Counted from the first letter of the whole stretch, positions 50,100 to 60,439 are shown. The stretch: 63,180 bases of DNA, filler included, from 9 parts of 9 records of this genome joined end to end with filler, not necessarily neighbours in it, one strand, 5' to 3'. The notes: generated from the letters alone by a model not told the origin. Numbers and translations are program-made.

Positions 50100-50669
50100 A
50101 TGAAGGACGTCTCTTTGCGATTGGGTGACCGGTTCGTGGTTTTGGTTGGCCTTATGGGGGCCGGTAAAAGCAGCATCGGGCGAATCCTGGCCGACAAATT
50201 CGGGGTTCCCTTCATCGACGCCGACGATGAAATCGAAAAGGCGGCCGGCTGTTTGATCACGGATATCTTCCGGCTTTACGGGGAAGCGGCATTCAGGGAT
50301 GGCGAACGGCGCGTCATCGCCCGCATTCTGGAAGGCGGCCCGGGTGTCCTGGCAACCGGCGGCGGCGCCTTCATGGATGTCGGCACCCGCGAGCAAATCC
50401 GAAAACGCGGGATTTCGGTTTGGTTGCGCGCCGATCCCGAAACCCTGTACCGCCGCACCCGGCGCCGGTCGATACGGCCCTTGCTGGAAAACGAAGATCC
50501 GCTTGGCACTCTTGAAGGCCTTGCCCGTGAGCGCTATCCAGTCTATGCGGAGGCCGACATTACGGTCGAAACGGACGGCGACGGACCGACCGAGACCGTT
50601 CGTCGGATCATCGCCGAAATTGAGGGACGGATGGCACCCGAAGGGACATCCGGGAAAGACAATCCATGA
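50100..50669 (+). CDS. aroK: Shikimate kinase
   Basis: GLMGAGKS P-loop, FIDADDEIE, GEAAFRDGE, LATGGG, RPLL, RYPVY. Confidence 0.95.
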   Translation: MKDVSLRLGDRFVVLVGLMGAGKSSIGRILADKFGVPFIDADDEIEKAAGCLITDIFRLYGEAAFRDGERRVIARILEGGPGVLATGGGAFMDVGTREQIRKRGISVWLRADPETLYRRTRRRSIRPLLENEDPLGTLEGLARERYPVYAEADITVETDGDGPTETVRRIIAEIEGRMAPEGTSGKDNP

Positions 50670-51811
50670 CGACGACCATCGATACGAAATCGGAAGCGGC
50701 GGAAACGGCGACATTGCCGGTCGAACTGGGGGCGCGGAGCTACGACATTGTCGTCGGCGACGACCTTTTGATTCGAGCCGGCGCCCTGGTCAAACCGGTT
50801 CTGGCCGCCCCCAGCGTCGCCATCGTCAGCGATTCAACGGTTGCACCGATCTATCTGCAGACCCTCGGCGATTCATTTGATGACGCCGGCATCGAATACG
50901 CGAGCTTGGTTCTGCCGGCCGGAGAAGCGACAAAAAGTTTCGAGCAGCTTCAACGGATCGTCGACTGGATGCTGGACGCGCGGATCGAGCGGACGGCCAC
51001 CGTCGTCGCGCTCGGCGGCGGCGTCATCGGCGACATCGCGGGATTTGCCGCCGGCATCGTGCTTCGGGGCCTGCCGGTCGTTCAGATCCCGACGACGTTG
51101 CTGGCCCAGGTCGACAGCTCGGTCGGCGGTAAAACCGGGATCAATGCGGCGCAGGGCAAGAACCTGATCGGGCTTTTCCACCAGCCATCGCTGGTTCTCG
51201 CCGACATCGGCACGCTCGATACCCTGCCGCGGCGCGAATTTCTGGCCGGGTACGCCGAGACGGTGAAATACGGCCTGATCGAGGACACGGAATTCTTCGA
51301 ATGGATGGAATCCAACGGCCGGGCCTTCTGTGCCGGCGATCGGACCATCCGCCGGGATGCGGTGATTTATGCCTGCGCCGCCAAGGCCGCCGTCGTCGCC
51401 GAGGACGAGCTTGAGGGCGGGCGCCGGGCATTGTTGAATTTCGGCCATACGTTCGGCCACACGCTGGAAAAACAGGCCGGCTACAGCGATGCCGTCCTGC
51501 ATGGCGAAGCCGTATCGATCGGCATGGTCATGGCCATGCGCGCCTCGGTCGCGCTTGGATTGTGCCCGGCGGCCGATGCCGAGCGCACGGAACGGCATCT
51601 GTCGGCGCACGGGCTGCCGGTCGACCTTTCGGCAATTGCCGATTCGTCCTGGACCGCCGAGGTGCTTATGTCCCACATGCTGTCGGACAAGAAGGTTCGG
51701 GCGAAACGGCCGACCTTTATTTTAAGCCGGGGCATCGGCAAGGCGTTTACGACCCAGGACGTCGACCCCGACTTTCTGCACGATTTCATCGAGGGCTTCC
51801 TTCCAAAATGA
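50666..51811 (+). CDS. aroB: 3-dehydroquinate synthase
   Basis: GEATKS, LGGGVIGD, PTTLLAQVDSSVGGKTG, LNFGHTFGH, LHGEAV. Confidence 0.97.
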   Translation: MTTTIDTKSEAAETATLPVELGARSYDIVVGDDLLIRAGALVKPVLAAPSVAIVSDSTVAPIYLQTLGDSFDDAGIEYASLVLPAGEATKSFEQLQRIVDWMLDARIERTATVVALGGGVIGDIAGFAAGIVLRGLPVVQIPTTLLAQVDSSVGGKTGINAAQGKNLIGLFHQPSLVLADIGTLDTLPRREFLAGYAETVKYGLIEDTEFFEWMESNGRAFCAGDRTIRRDAVIYACAAKAAVVAEDELEGGRRALLNFGHTFGHTLEKQAGYSDAVLHGEAVSIGMVMAMRASVALGLCPAADAERTERHLSAHGLPVDLSAIADSSWTAEVLMSHMLSDKKVRAKRPTFILSRGIGKAFTTQDVDPDFLHDFIEGFLPK

Positions 51812-51870
51812 AGGCTGGCCCCTTCAAGACCGGCGGCGGCATTTCCGTCGCCGCCTAGCGAGGGCAAACC

Positions 51871-53139
51871 ATGATCGAATACATCGTGGCGATCGCCGTT
51901 CTTCTGCTTCTTTCGGCTTTTTTTTCCGGTTCCGAAACCGCGTTGACCGGCGCTTCGAGGCCGCTGCTGCACCAATTGGAGCAGACCGGCAATCACCGTG
52001 CGGCAATCGTCGGCAAGCTGCTCAGCAACAAACCCCGGCTGATCAGTGCGCTGCTGCTGGGCAACAACCTGGTCAATATCCTGGCGTCGGCCCTGGCAAC
52101 CAAGGTTTTCCTGGATTATTTCGGCAAGCTAGGCGTCGCCTATGCGACCATCGTGATGACCGTCATGGTCCTGATTTTCGCCGAGATTATCCCGAAAACC
52201 ATCGCATTTCGTACCGCCAACGACGGCGCCCTTGCGCTCGGACCGGTGGTCCGCGCGGTGGTCTGGGTTTTAAGTCCACTGGTGACGGCGCTGTTGTGGC
52301 TGGTCAATGGCATTTGCCGCCTGTTCGGCACAGACATCCACGCCGAGGACGCCATCAGCGGCGGCAAAGACGAACTGCGCGGCACCATCGAACTGCACGA
52401 AGGCGACGAAACCAGCGTCCGTCACGAACGGGCGATGTTGCGCTCAGTCCTCGATCTGGCCGACGTCCAGGTCGGAGAAATCATGGTGCATCGCAAAAAC
52501 CTGGTCACCATCGACGCCGACGAACCGCCGGCCGAGATCGTCGCCCAGGCGCTGGCCAGTCCCTACACGCGAATCCCCCTGTGGCGGGAATCGCCGGACA
52601 ACATCGTCGGCATTCTGCATGCCAAGGCGCTGTTGCGCGCGGCGCAGGCGCGTGAGGGCGATACGGAGGAACTGGATATCGTCGGTGTCGCCGGCAATCC
52701 GTGGTTTATTCCCGAATACACGCCGCTGCTGGACCAGTTGCAGGCGTTCCGCGAACGGCGCGAACATTTCGCCCTGGTCGTCGACGAATACGGCAGCCTG
52801 ATGGGGATCGTCACCCTCGAGGATATCCTGGAGGAAATTGTCGGCGACATTTCGGACGAACACGATATCGCCGTAACCGGCGTCAAGAAACAGCCCGACG
52901 GTAGCTATACCGTCGATGGCGACGTGACGATCCGCGATTTGAACCGGGAATTCGAATGGACCCTGCCAGACGAAGAAGCGGCGACGGTCGCCGGTCTCGT
53001 CCTTCACGAAACGCGAAGAATCCCGGAAAAAGGCCAGACGTTCATATTCCACGACTTCCGATTTGAAATCCTCGACCGGCAACGGCATCAGATCAAATCG
53101 GTAAAGATTACGCCGCCGTCGGCACCGCCCGACGCCTAG
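51871..53139 (+). CDS. HlyC/CorC (CNNM) family transporter
   Basis: FFSGSETAL, LLGNNLVN, FAEIIPK, CBS pair, VVDEYG...TLEDILEEIVG. Confidence 0.94.
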   Translation: MIEYIVAIAVLLLLSAFFSGSETALTGASRPLLHQLEQTGNHRAAIVGKLLSNKPRLISALLLGNNLVNILASALATKVFLDYFGKLGVAYATIVMTVMVLIFAEIIPKTIAFRTANDGALALGPVVRAVVWVLSPLVTALLWLVNGICRLFGTDIHAEDAISGGKDELRGTIELHEGDETSVRHERAMLRSVLDLADVQVGEIMVHRKNLVTIDADEPPAEIVAQALASPYTRIPLWRESPDNIVGILHAKALLRAAQAREGDTEELDIVGVAGNPWFIPEYTPLLDQLQAFRERREHFALVVDEYGSLMGIVTLEDILEEIVGDISDEHDIAVTGVKKQPDGSYTVDGDVTIRDLNREFEWTLPDEEAATVAGLVLHETRRIPEKGQTFIFHDFRFEILDRQRHQIKSVKITPPSAPPDA

Positions 53140-53265
53140 ATTCGAGGGGGAATCGTACCGGCAAGCAGCACAACAACGGCATTGAAAGCGGGCCTCGTTG
53201 CCACCAAATACCGCTGTATATTGGTGATTTTGCGGATAGTCTGAATTTAACACGAGGGTATTTCC

Positions 53266-53718
53266 ATGACCATGCGGCAACAAATCATTCCGGACATCGT
53301 CAAGGACCAGAACATCCACGCCCTGTCGCCCGAGGCGACCGTCCTTGAGGCCGCCAAACTCATGGCAAAACACGACGTCGGCGCCATCATCGTCGCCGGC
53401 GAAGACCAGAAGTTGGCCGGCATCGTGACCGAACGCGATATTACGCGCCGTGTCGTCGCCCAGGGACTGGACCCGAAAAAGGTGACCGTCGGCGACATCA
53501 TGACGAAGGACCCGGATACGGTCGGCCCCGACGATTCTGCCATCGAGGCCCTTGAAATCATGCGAATTCGCCGATACCGGCATCTGCCGGTCGTCGACGA
53601 CGGGCGCACCGTGGCGATGGTTTCGGTCCGCGATCTGTATGAGGTCATGAAAGAAGAGCTGGAAGCCAGCATCCGCGAGACCGAAGCCTTTGTCTTCGGC
53701 GATCGTTACGGCGCCTGA
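53266..53718 (+). CDS. CBS domain protein
   Basis: TVLEAAKLM, GIVTERDI, RHLPVVD, MVSVRDL. Confidence 0.92.
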   Translation: MTMRQQIIPDIVKDQNIHALSPEATVLEAAKLMAKHDVGAIIVAGEDQKLAGIVTERDITRRVVAQGLDPKKVTVGDIMTKDPDTVGPDDSAIEALEIMRIRRYRHLPVVDDGRTVAMVSVRDLYEVMKEELEASIRETEAFVFGDRYGA

Positions 53719-53830
53719 TCGCGTCGAAAAACCGGCCGCTTTCACCGGCATCAAACCGAAACCATCCGGCTCCCGCCGACGATGAACAACTGTTGTCGTC
53801 GGGTGGTGGCCTTTTTCGAACCAGATTGTC

Positions 53831-56800
53831 CTATCCCGTCTTCGCCGGCGATGGACCGCCGAACAGTTCGCTTAGGTTCTTGGTTTTCAGCTGTTCGCGG
53901 TATTCGGCGATAAAGGTTTGAAAATTCTCGACGTCTCGGACCTTGGCGGCAAGGTTGCGAATGTCCGCCATGCTGTCCGTATCGGGGCTGGTAATCAACC
54001 GGAAGGCATCGCGGTACGGCGTTCTGTCCATGGCCCCACTGAAATCCGCCCGCGCCCGGCCGACGCCACGTTCGTTGCCGGCCAAGGTCATGGCAATGGC
54101 CAGATTGAGCACCGATAGGGCCTGCCGCTCGTTAACATCCTGACCGGCCTTGATGCCTTCGGCCCGCACCAACCGGCCAAACGATTGCGCCGCCTTCGGC
54201 CAATCCTGAAGGCCCCAATAGATTTCCGATCGCAACCGCTCGGCGCCGACCGATTCGTCCTCTTCCAACATCGCAAGGGCGCTTTCGGTCTGCCCCAATT
54301 GAACCGACGCCCGCGCCAACAGATGGCGCCGCGTTTCGACCAGTTCGGCCGGGATGCCGGTGCCTGCCGAATCTTTTAACGCTTCCATCGCCTTTTCCGG
54401 CTGGTTGGCGATGATCCGGATCAGGGCCAGTTGGGCGCCGACCCGCGCTTTTTGCTCGCCCTGGAGGCGGAATTCGATCTGTTCGTCGAGCAGAACGGCC
54501 CCACGATCGAGAAGATCGACGGCAACCAGCCGGTCGGCCAGTTTGCGGATCATCTCATCGCCCTTGTCGCCGGGCGGGGTCAGCTCCTTGAATTCGTCGT
54601 AAAGCGCGATCGCCGTAACCGGAGGCAGAACGTCGGCAGCGCCTTCCAGATACAGGCGACCGAAAGCCTCGGTCATTTCCTGGGTGACCGCTTTGGCATC
54701 GGCATGATCGCGGAAATGCGTCGCCGCCTGGCGCAGGGTACGCAAGCCGTTGCGGAAGTCGTTTTCCTGTATATAAAGCTGCCCGAGACGGCGCAGGAGG
54801 GCGAATTCGAAATCATCGCCGCGCCAGGTAAAGCGCAGTCTCTCGTATTCTTCGATGGCCTCGGCCGGGACGATCTTCTCCAGTTCCAGCAACATCTCGG
54901 TCTTGGCAACGGTGGCTTTCGCCTGGCTCGGCCGATGCGGCCCCAGTTCGACGTCCTCCCATTTGCCAATGGCGCCTTCGAAATCGCCGGCCAGTTCCAT
55001 CATGCGCCCTTCGACGAAGCCGATTTGCGCCGCCGCCGTCGGAACGGGTTCGTCCAGCGCCAGCACTTCGATCAGATGCGTCGCCTGCCGCGTGTCGCCG
55101 ACCTCGATCGCCGATTCGGCGGCGATCAGGCTCAAGGGAAGCCGCAACGACTTGGGGTAGGACCTGAGAATTCCGGTCATCCGCCTCAATACCCGCGAAG
55201 CCCGGACATAATCGCCGTCCATGGCCGCCATCGAGGCGCGCCAGAAAGTGGCCTCGTCGTTGTTGTTGAGACTTTCATGATACCAGTCGTCCTCGGCCTC
55301 TTTTTTCCGGGCCATCAGGAAATTGGCGCTGCCGTGCAAGGCCCTGAATTGCGGATCGTTGAGAACCCCCGGCCGTTCGCCGGAAACGGCCGCCAACACA
55401 CCGAGGGCTTCGGCAGCGAAACCGATCGACAGGTAATACCGGGCGATGTCGAGACGTGCCTTTTCCTTCCCCGGCCCCTGGGCGCGGACGATGGCGTTTT
55501 GCAGCCGCCGCCGTTGCGGGATGAAATTGTCGATATCCTGGTCGCGCCATTTTTCGAAATCCAGGATCCGCGTCAGCGGCCGCATCGACGCCAGTTTGGT
55601 GCCGGCCGCCGCCTGCGCCGTCACTTGCGAAATCTGCAGTTGATCGGCGCTGGTCAGTTCGACCCCCTGGCGCAGGGGCCGCACCCGGACGGTATCGATG
55701 GTCGGGCGCACGACCACCCCCTGCCCGGTCGGCAGCAGATTGACCTGCGGGAACGCGTGGCGCTCGGCAACCCCGTGCCCAAGCGGAATGACCGGCACGA
55801 CGACAAGCGTATCGCCGACTTCCGGATCGAAAACGGCGACCGCCTTGCCCGGCTGCGGTACCGGCAGGAAAAGCCGTGCCCCGACCGGCGAATTGGGCTG
55901 GGAATTGATCTCGATCGGCGATTGCGGTTGCAGCGGCTGCTGCTGGAAATCGAGCAGCCAGGCCAAGCCATCGCGTCGAAGCGTCGGATTGACCCCGGCA
56001 ATCGTATTGAAACGCAGGACCGTCGCCTTTTCGGCCGGCATCCGTTGAATATCGCGGATGATGTTGCCGGCCGCCGTTTTCAATGCGGCGATATCAACTT
56101 CGTTCGGCTTGTCGAAAGCCACCCACAGGTGATCGGCCCGGCGGAAGACGGCCGCGGCGACCGGTTCGGTCCATTCGATGCGAAGGGTGACGGCCCCTTC
56201 CGGAGCCGGGCCGGCCGGTTGCGAGACCGCCGCCCCGATGGCGCTTGAAGGAGCCAGGACATTCGCCCCGCCGCCGCCGGCGACCGCCGCCACCGCGGTC
56301 GGTGTTGACGGTGTCAGAGCGGTCGGCTTGACCGGCAGCAAAGGCTTCGGTGCCGCCGCCGGTCCGACCGCCGAATCCGCCGGTGCCGCGCTTTCCGGTG
56401 CTGCCGTCGCCGATCCGGTCCGGGGTGCCGGTGGGCTCAGCGCGGCAGCGGGCGGCGACAAGGCGGGGGTTTGCGGTTGCGCCTTCTGTTGCGGTTGCGG
56501 TTGCGGTTCCAGCTTCGGCGTCGGCAGTTTCGGCGCCGACGGCGCCTTTGCGGCGGGTGCGACAGCCGGTTTTGCCGGTTCCGGTTGCGGTTCCGGTTGT
56601 GCCGGGGCTTCCGGTTTGGCCGCAACCTGTGCAGCCGGCGGCGCCGGTTCGGCCGGTTTGGCGGCGGTCTGCGGCGCCGGTTGCGGTGGCGCAGCGGCTG
56701 CCGGTGGCTGGTCCGGACTGGGCGCCATGATGTCGATGGCGACCTTCGGGCCGGACCGGAAATGCTTGATTTGCGACGTTTCCGGAATCTGCAGCGTCAC

Positions 56801-57505
56801 CTTCAGGCCGCCGCCGTCGGCAGATGCCTGGATGCCGCGAAGGAAGTTCGGCGGCCGTGACTGGATGCGGCCGAGATTGGGGCGAGCCGGGCGGTCGAAG
56901 CTGATGACGGCGGTGGTTCCCTGGCGATCGACCGAATAGCCGACCCGGCGCGTCCAATCGAATACGATGCGGCTGTATCCTTCATGCTGGCCGGTTCGAA
57001 CACCAAGCGCCGGACCGCTCGGCGGTGTCGTCTGTGCCTGCGGTTGCGGCTGTGCCGGAGCGGGTGACGGGGCCGGCGTCGCAGCGGGAGCCGGGGTCGG
57101 CTCGGGCGCGGCAGCCGGGGCCTGATCGACCAAGTCGACGACGACGGCGGCACCGAGATCGAAGGCGTTGACGCCATACGGACCGGTCGTCGTGAAAACC
57201 GCCGTTTGCCCGTCCGCCGCCATCCGGCCGGCGCTCAGGTATTTGCGCAAGCCGCGTACGACCGGCCCCAAATCGCTTTCGATGGCGCGGCCGAAACGTA
57301 CCGTCAGGCGGGTGCCGTCGATGGACGCGGTATAGGGAACCGGAGATTGCCAGTTGAAAACGATGCGCCCGTATCCTTCGTGCGCCGCCGACCGCACCTT
57401 GACCGGTTCGGCCATGCCCGATGGCGCCGTCAGCGCCAGCAGGCCGGCCAACGCCAGGGATCGGCCGATCCGCAATCCGTTTTTCCGGCAGCCGCCCACG
57501 ATCAC
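53831..57505 (-). CDS. Large exported TPR-like protein of the flagellar motor cluster
   Basis: Signal peptide, two similar N-terminal domains (VRSAAHEGYGRIVFNW / VRTGQHEGYSRIVFDW), Pro/Ala linker, long helical-repeat C-half (WRGDDFE, LADRLVAVDLL). GTGA overlap with the upstream motB. Confidence 0.8.
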   Translation of the reverse strand: MIVGGCRKNGLRIGRSLALAGLLALTAPSGMAEPVKVRSAAHEGYGRIVFNWQSPVPYTASIDGTRLTVRFGRAIESDLGPVVRGLRKYLSAGRMAADGQTAVFTTTGPYGVNAFDLGAAVVVDLVDQAPAAAPEPTPAPAATPAPSPAPAQPQPQAQTTPPSGPALGVRTGQHEGYSRIVFDWTRRVGYSVDRQGTTAVISFDRPARPNLGRIQSRPPNFLRGIQASADGGGLKVTLQIPETSQIKHFRSGPKVAIDIMAPSPDQPPAAAAPPQPAPQTAAKPAEPAPPAAQVAAKPEAPAQPEPQPEPAKPAVAPAAKAPSAPKLPTPKLEPQPQPQQKAQPQTPALSPPAAALSPPAPRTGSATAAPESAAPADSAVGPAAAPKPLLPVKPTALTPSTPTAVAAVAGGGGANVLAPSSAIGAAVSQPAGPAPEGAVTLRIEWTEPVAAAVFRRADHLWVAFDKPNEVDIAALKTAAGNIIRDIQRMPAEKATVLRFNTIAGVNPTLRRDGLAWLLDFQQQPLQPQSPIEINSQPNSPVGARLFLPVPQPGKAVAVFDPEVGDTLVVVPVIPLGHGVAERHAFPQVNLLPTGQGVVVRPTIDTVRVRPLRQGVELTSADQLQISQVTAQAAAGTKLASMRPLTRILDFEKWRDQDIDNFIPQRRRLQNAIVRAQGPGKEKARLDIARYYLSIGFAAEALGVLAAVSGERPGVLNDPQFRALHGSANFLMARKKEAEDDWYHESLNNNDEATFWRASMAAMDGDYVRASRVLRRMTGILRSYPKSLRLPLSLIAAESAIEVGDTRQATHLIEVLALDEPVPTAAAQIGFVEGRMMELAGDFEGAIGKWEDVELGPHRPSQAKATVAKTEMLLELEKIVPAEAIEEYERLRFTWRGDDFEFALLRRLGQLYIQENDFRNGLRTLRQAATHFRDHADAKAVTQEMTEAFGRLYLEGAADVLPPVTAIALYDEFKELTPPGDKGDEMIRKLADRLVAVDLLDRGAVLLDEQIEFRLQGEQKARVGAQLALIRIIANQPEKAMEALKDSAGTGIPAELVETRRHLLARASVQLGQTESALAMLEEDESVGAERLRSEIYWGLQDWPKAAQSFGRLVRAEGIKAGQDVNERQALSVLNLAIAMTLAGNERGVGRARADFSGAMDRTPYRDAFRLITSPDTDSMADIRNLAAKVRDVENFQTFIAEYREQLKTKNLSELFGGPSPAKTG

Positions 57506-58221
57506 CCTCCAACCGTCGGGAAGATGACGATGTCGACCCGGCGCCCGAGGGAAAGCCGCTCTTCCTCGGGCAGGTCCGGCAATTCGCCGAAACGGCTATC
57601 GGCATAGCCGTAGGCGATGATGTCTTCGTTATAGCCGACCCGCTTGAGCATATTGGAGACGGCAACGGCCCGGGCCAACGACAGTTCCCAATTCGATTTG
57701 AAATCGTCGCCTTCCGGCGGCGTCGGGTCGGTATGGCCGTTGACGCCGATCTGGTTACCGACGTTGCGCAAGACACCGCCGACGACAAAAAGGGCCCGGC
57801 GCGCGCGTTCCGACAATACGGCGCGGCCCGGCGCGAACAAAAGATCGCCCGGTAAAGCGATAACCAGGCGGTCGTCGAGCCTGACGATCTGACTGCGTTG
57901 CAGCACCGGATCCTCGGCCACCGTATCGATCAGAACGGATCCCAGATAGTCCAGGTTGACGGCCCTTTTGCGAAACAGGGTGGCGATATTGTACTGGGCC
58001 GTCACTGCCACCGTCGTTTTTTCCTGGGACGGATTAAGCGTCTGTGAAAGCGCGTCGATCATCTGTTCCCATCGGTCGATCTGCAGGTTCGACATGGAAA
58101 ACAGAAGAACGAAGAAAGTCAGCATCAACGACACCAGATCGGTGAAGATGACGAGCCAGCCGCGGCTCGGCGGCGGCGGGTCGGGCGGGCGGACAAAACC
58201 GTAGCCGACGGCGCGCATCAT
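57502..58221 (-). CDS. motB: Flagellar motor protein MotB (OmpA-like peptidoglycan-binding domain)
   Basis: WLVIFTDLVSLMLTFFVLL TM with the conserved Asp. GHTD, SNWELSLARA, RRVDIV. Confidence 0.9.
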   Translation of the reverse strand: MMRAVGYGFVRPPDPPPPSRGWLVIFTDLVSLMLTFFVLLFSMSNLQIDRWEQMIDALSQTLNPSQEKTTVAVTAQYNIATLFRKRAVNLDYLGSVLIDTVAEDPVLQRSQIVRLDDRLVIALPGDLLFAPGRAVLSERARRALFVVGGVLRNVGNQIGVNGHTDPTPPEGDDFKSNWELSLARAVAVSNMLKRVGYNEDIIAYGYADSRFGELPDLPEEERLSLGRRVDIVIFPTVGG

Positions 58222-59042
58222 CCGCCTCCGCCAGTCTGTCCGACCGGGAGGGCCGATTCGGCCGGCGCGGTCGGGGTAAGCGGGGCCTCGGGCGCCGACA
58301 GGGCGGGCGTTCCGGCAGCACCGTCAATGTCCGGCCTGGCTTTCCTTTCCGTTTCGACGGCCTGTTTCAGTTTCAGGCGCGCCTCGTCCTCGGTCCGCAC
58401 GAAGAACCGTACGACGATTTCGTCGGGATTGCCGGGTTTCAAACCGACCGCAACGTTTTGCGGCGGCACGCCGCGCGACTGCATGGCGCGCGCAAACGCG
58501 CCGACCCTGGCGGTTTCGAGGGTTTCGCCGATGGGGAGGCTCTCGCCGTCGACGTAGGGACTGCCGATGATGAATTCGAGATCGTTGCGCAGCCCCGGCG
58601 TCGCCCCGCTGATCGACGCCACGATGCGATCGAGCAATGGAATCTGGGCTTCGCGAATATCCGTGGTTTCCGGGAAAAACAACGTATCCGACGGTATTCT
58701 GATCCGCATCAGGCGGCCCGGCTGCACGATTTCGACTTTTGACACCTGGATGGCGGAGGCGAATATCGCGGTCACTTCCTCCTGGAAAGCCTGACCGGCC
58801 AACATATCGCCCTCACGCGAGGAAAAGGCAGTGAGGTCCGTACTCGGCGGCAGCAACGACGAGAAGGTCGAACTCAGGCTGTCCATGACGGCCTGGCTTT
58901 TGACGTCTTCCGGGGTCGAAATCGTCACGAGAATGATGAAAAAGGCAAGCACGAGAAGATAAAGAGCGAGAAACAGCGCCGTCACCTGGGTGCCTGTCGG
59001 CGGCGCCGGTTCGACCTGTGGAAGGTTGACGGTTCTGTTCAT
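58218..59042 (-). CDS. MotB-like protein with degenerate TM and OmpA motifs
   Basis: LFLALYLLVLAFFIILVTIS aligns with the MotB TM. IPSDTLFF and LETARV are remnants of the OmpA-like domain. Confidence 0.7.
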   Translation of the reverse strand: MNRTVNLPQVEPAPPTGTQVTALFLALYLLVLAFFIILVTISTPEDVKSQAVMDSLSSTFSSLLPPSTDLTAFSSREGDMLAGQAFQEEVTAIFASAIQVSKVEIVQPGRLMRIRIPSDTLFFPETTDIREAQIPLLDRIVASISGATPGLRNDLEFIIGSPYVDGESLPIGETLETARVGAFARAMQSRGVPPQNVAVGLKPGNPDEIVVRFFVRTEDEARLKLKQAVETERKARPDIDGAAGTPALSAPEAPLTPTAPAESALPVGQTGGGG

Positions 59043-59260
59043 GCCGGATCACCGCCGCATTCCGGCGAAAAAATCACGTGGGACAACCCTTCGACCGGTC
59101 ACCGCCACCGACCGCGCCCGTTCGCCCGCTTTGGATGACTTCAGTTCCCACTTTTCCGCCGCTATGCCGCAAGCCCCAAACTTAGTGTCAGTCCGTTTTC
59201 GCCAACGGCGTGCCCGCCGCATCGATACTTCTTATACGGCGAACGCCATCAGCCGTCCAA

Positions 59261-59983
59261 CTACCCTTCCGCTTCAGGCAGTTGGCGCCGCCGCGACAGA
59301 TCGACAGTGACGTCGCGCGCCTTGCCGGGATCCATGTCCGACATAATCGCCGCCAGGTTGCGTTCTTTCATGCGTTCGGCGACAAGAAGCAGTGTGTCCA
59401 TGTCCAACTGCTCGAAAATCCGGGCGGCATCCTTGGGTTTCATGTTTTCATAAATCTTGACCAGGCTGCCAACTTTCGCCGATTGCTGATCGTCATAATT
59501 GGCGATCAGTTCTTCAACGGTCGTCTGCAGGGTCTTGAGCTCCGCGATTTTCTTGTCGATCCGCGATTCGGCCGCCTGCATCAAGCCTTCGCGCATTTCC
59601 AGTTCGCGTTCGCGCGCCTCGATCACTTCGCGACGTTCGGCGAGCTGTTGCAGCAAATCGATTTCCGCCTGGGTAAGAAGGGTCGGATCGTCGATGGAGA
59701 GACTTGGCGGCGGCCCGTCTGCCATGCCCTCGTCGGTTGCTTCGGCGGTTCCCTCGGCCATTCCCTCGGGAGCGTCCGGATCCTGCGCCTCCTTGGGAAG
59801 CGGCGGCAAAGCGGCCGGCGCCTCGGTCTCGGGTTGCTGCGCCTCGGCCCCGGCGATCGTGATGGCGCTGTCGACCATGCCGTCCAGGCCGTCCCAGATA
59901 TTGCCCGCCTTGACGGTCAGCATCAGGGCGGCGGCAAAAATCGTCGCGGGAAGGAACCGAAGGCGGGTAATGAACCGGTACAT
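59261..59983 (-). CDS. MotE family flagellar protein (MgtE_N-like C-terminus)
   Basis: Signal/TM segment, coiled coil, LVKIYENMKPKDAARIF, AIMSDMDP. Confidence 0.85.
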   Translation of the reverse strand: MYRFITRLRFLPATIFAAALMLTVKAGNIWDGLDGMVDSAITIAGAEAQQPETEAPAALPPLPKEAQDPDAPEGMAEGTAEATDEGMADGPPPSLSIDDPTLLTQAEIDLLQQLAERREVIEARERELEMREGLMQAAESRIDKKIAELKTLQTTVEELIANYDDQQSAKVGSLVKIYENMKPKDAARIFEQLDMDTLLLVAERMKERNLAAIMSDMDPGKARDVTVDLSRRRQLPEAEG

Positions 59984-59999
59984 TGACAGTAACCTCTCT

Positions 60000-60434
60000 T
60001 TATCGCGCCGACCGAAGCGCTTTGATCAATTCGCGTTCGGCATCGGATTTAGAATCGGCTTCGACGATTTCCGCCGGACGGGCTTTCTCACGCTTGACCT
60101 CGCGCGGCCCCGGCGGCACTTCCTTCCGGGCAACCCGCACGGAATCCTCCAGACGGTCGCAGGTGCTGGACCCGCGGTCGATCAGGAACTTCAGGTCGTC
60201 GCGCAGACTGCGTGCCTTGTCGATGCCGTTTTTGAGTTCTTCGGCGGTTTTTTTCAGCCGCGACGTGCTTTCCTCGGCACGCACGGTGGCATCGGCAAAT
60301 CTCGTCGCCAATTTTTCGAGTTCGCCCTTGTCCTGACGCATGATCCGCAAACGCCGATTCAACATCACGGCGTAACTGATGGTCACGACCAATAGGCCGG
60401 CGACCAGAATATCGAGTACCAGAGAAAGGCCCAC
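60000..60434 (-). CDS. DUF6468-like membrane-anchored coiled-coil protein
   Basis: LDILVAGLLVVTISYAVMLNRRL, FADATVRAE, AERELIKAL. Lies between fliM and motE. Confidence 0.75.
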   Translation of the reverse strand: MGLSLVLDILVAGLLVVTISYAVMLNRRLRIMRQDKGELEKLATRFADATVRAEESTSRLKKTAEELKNGIDKARSLRDDLKFLIDRGSSTCDRLEDSVRVARKEVPPGPREVKREKARPAEIVEADSKSDAERELIKALRSAR

Positions 60435-60439
60435 TTTCT

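Noticed and set aside
53181..53215. RpoH-like promoter (TTGAAA...CCAAAT) before the CBS gene
   Set aside because: Match is too loose to support without comparative data.
56470..56600. (GCGGTT)n short tandem repeats
   Set aside because: They encode the PQPQ/PEP linker of the TPR-like protein. In frame and imperfect, so not a contingency locus.
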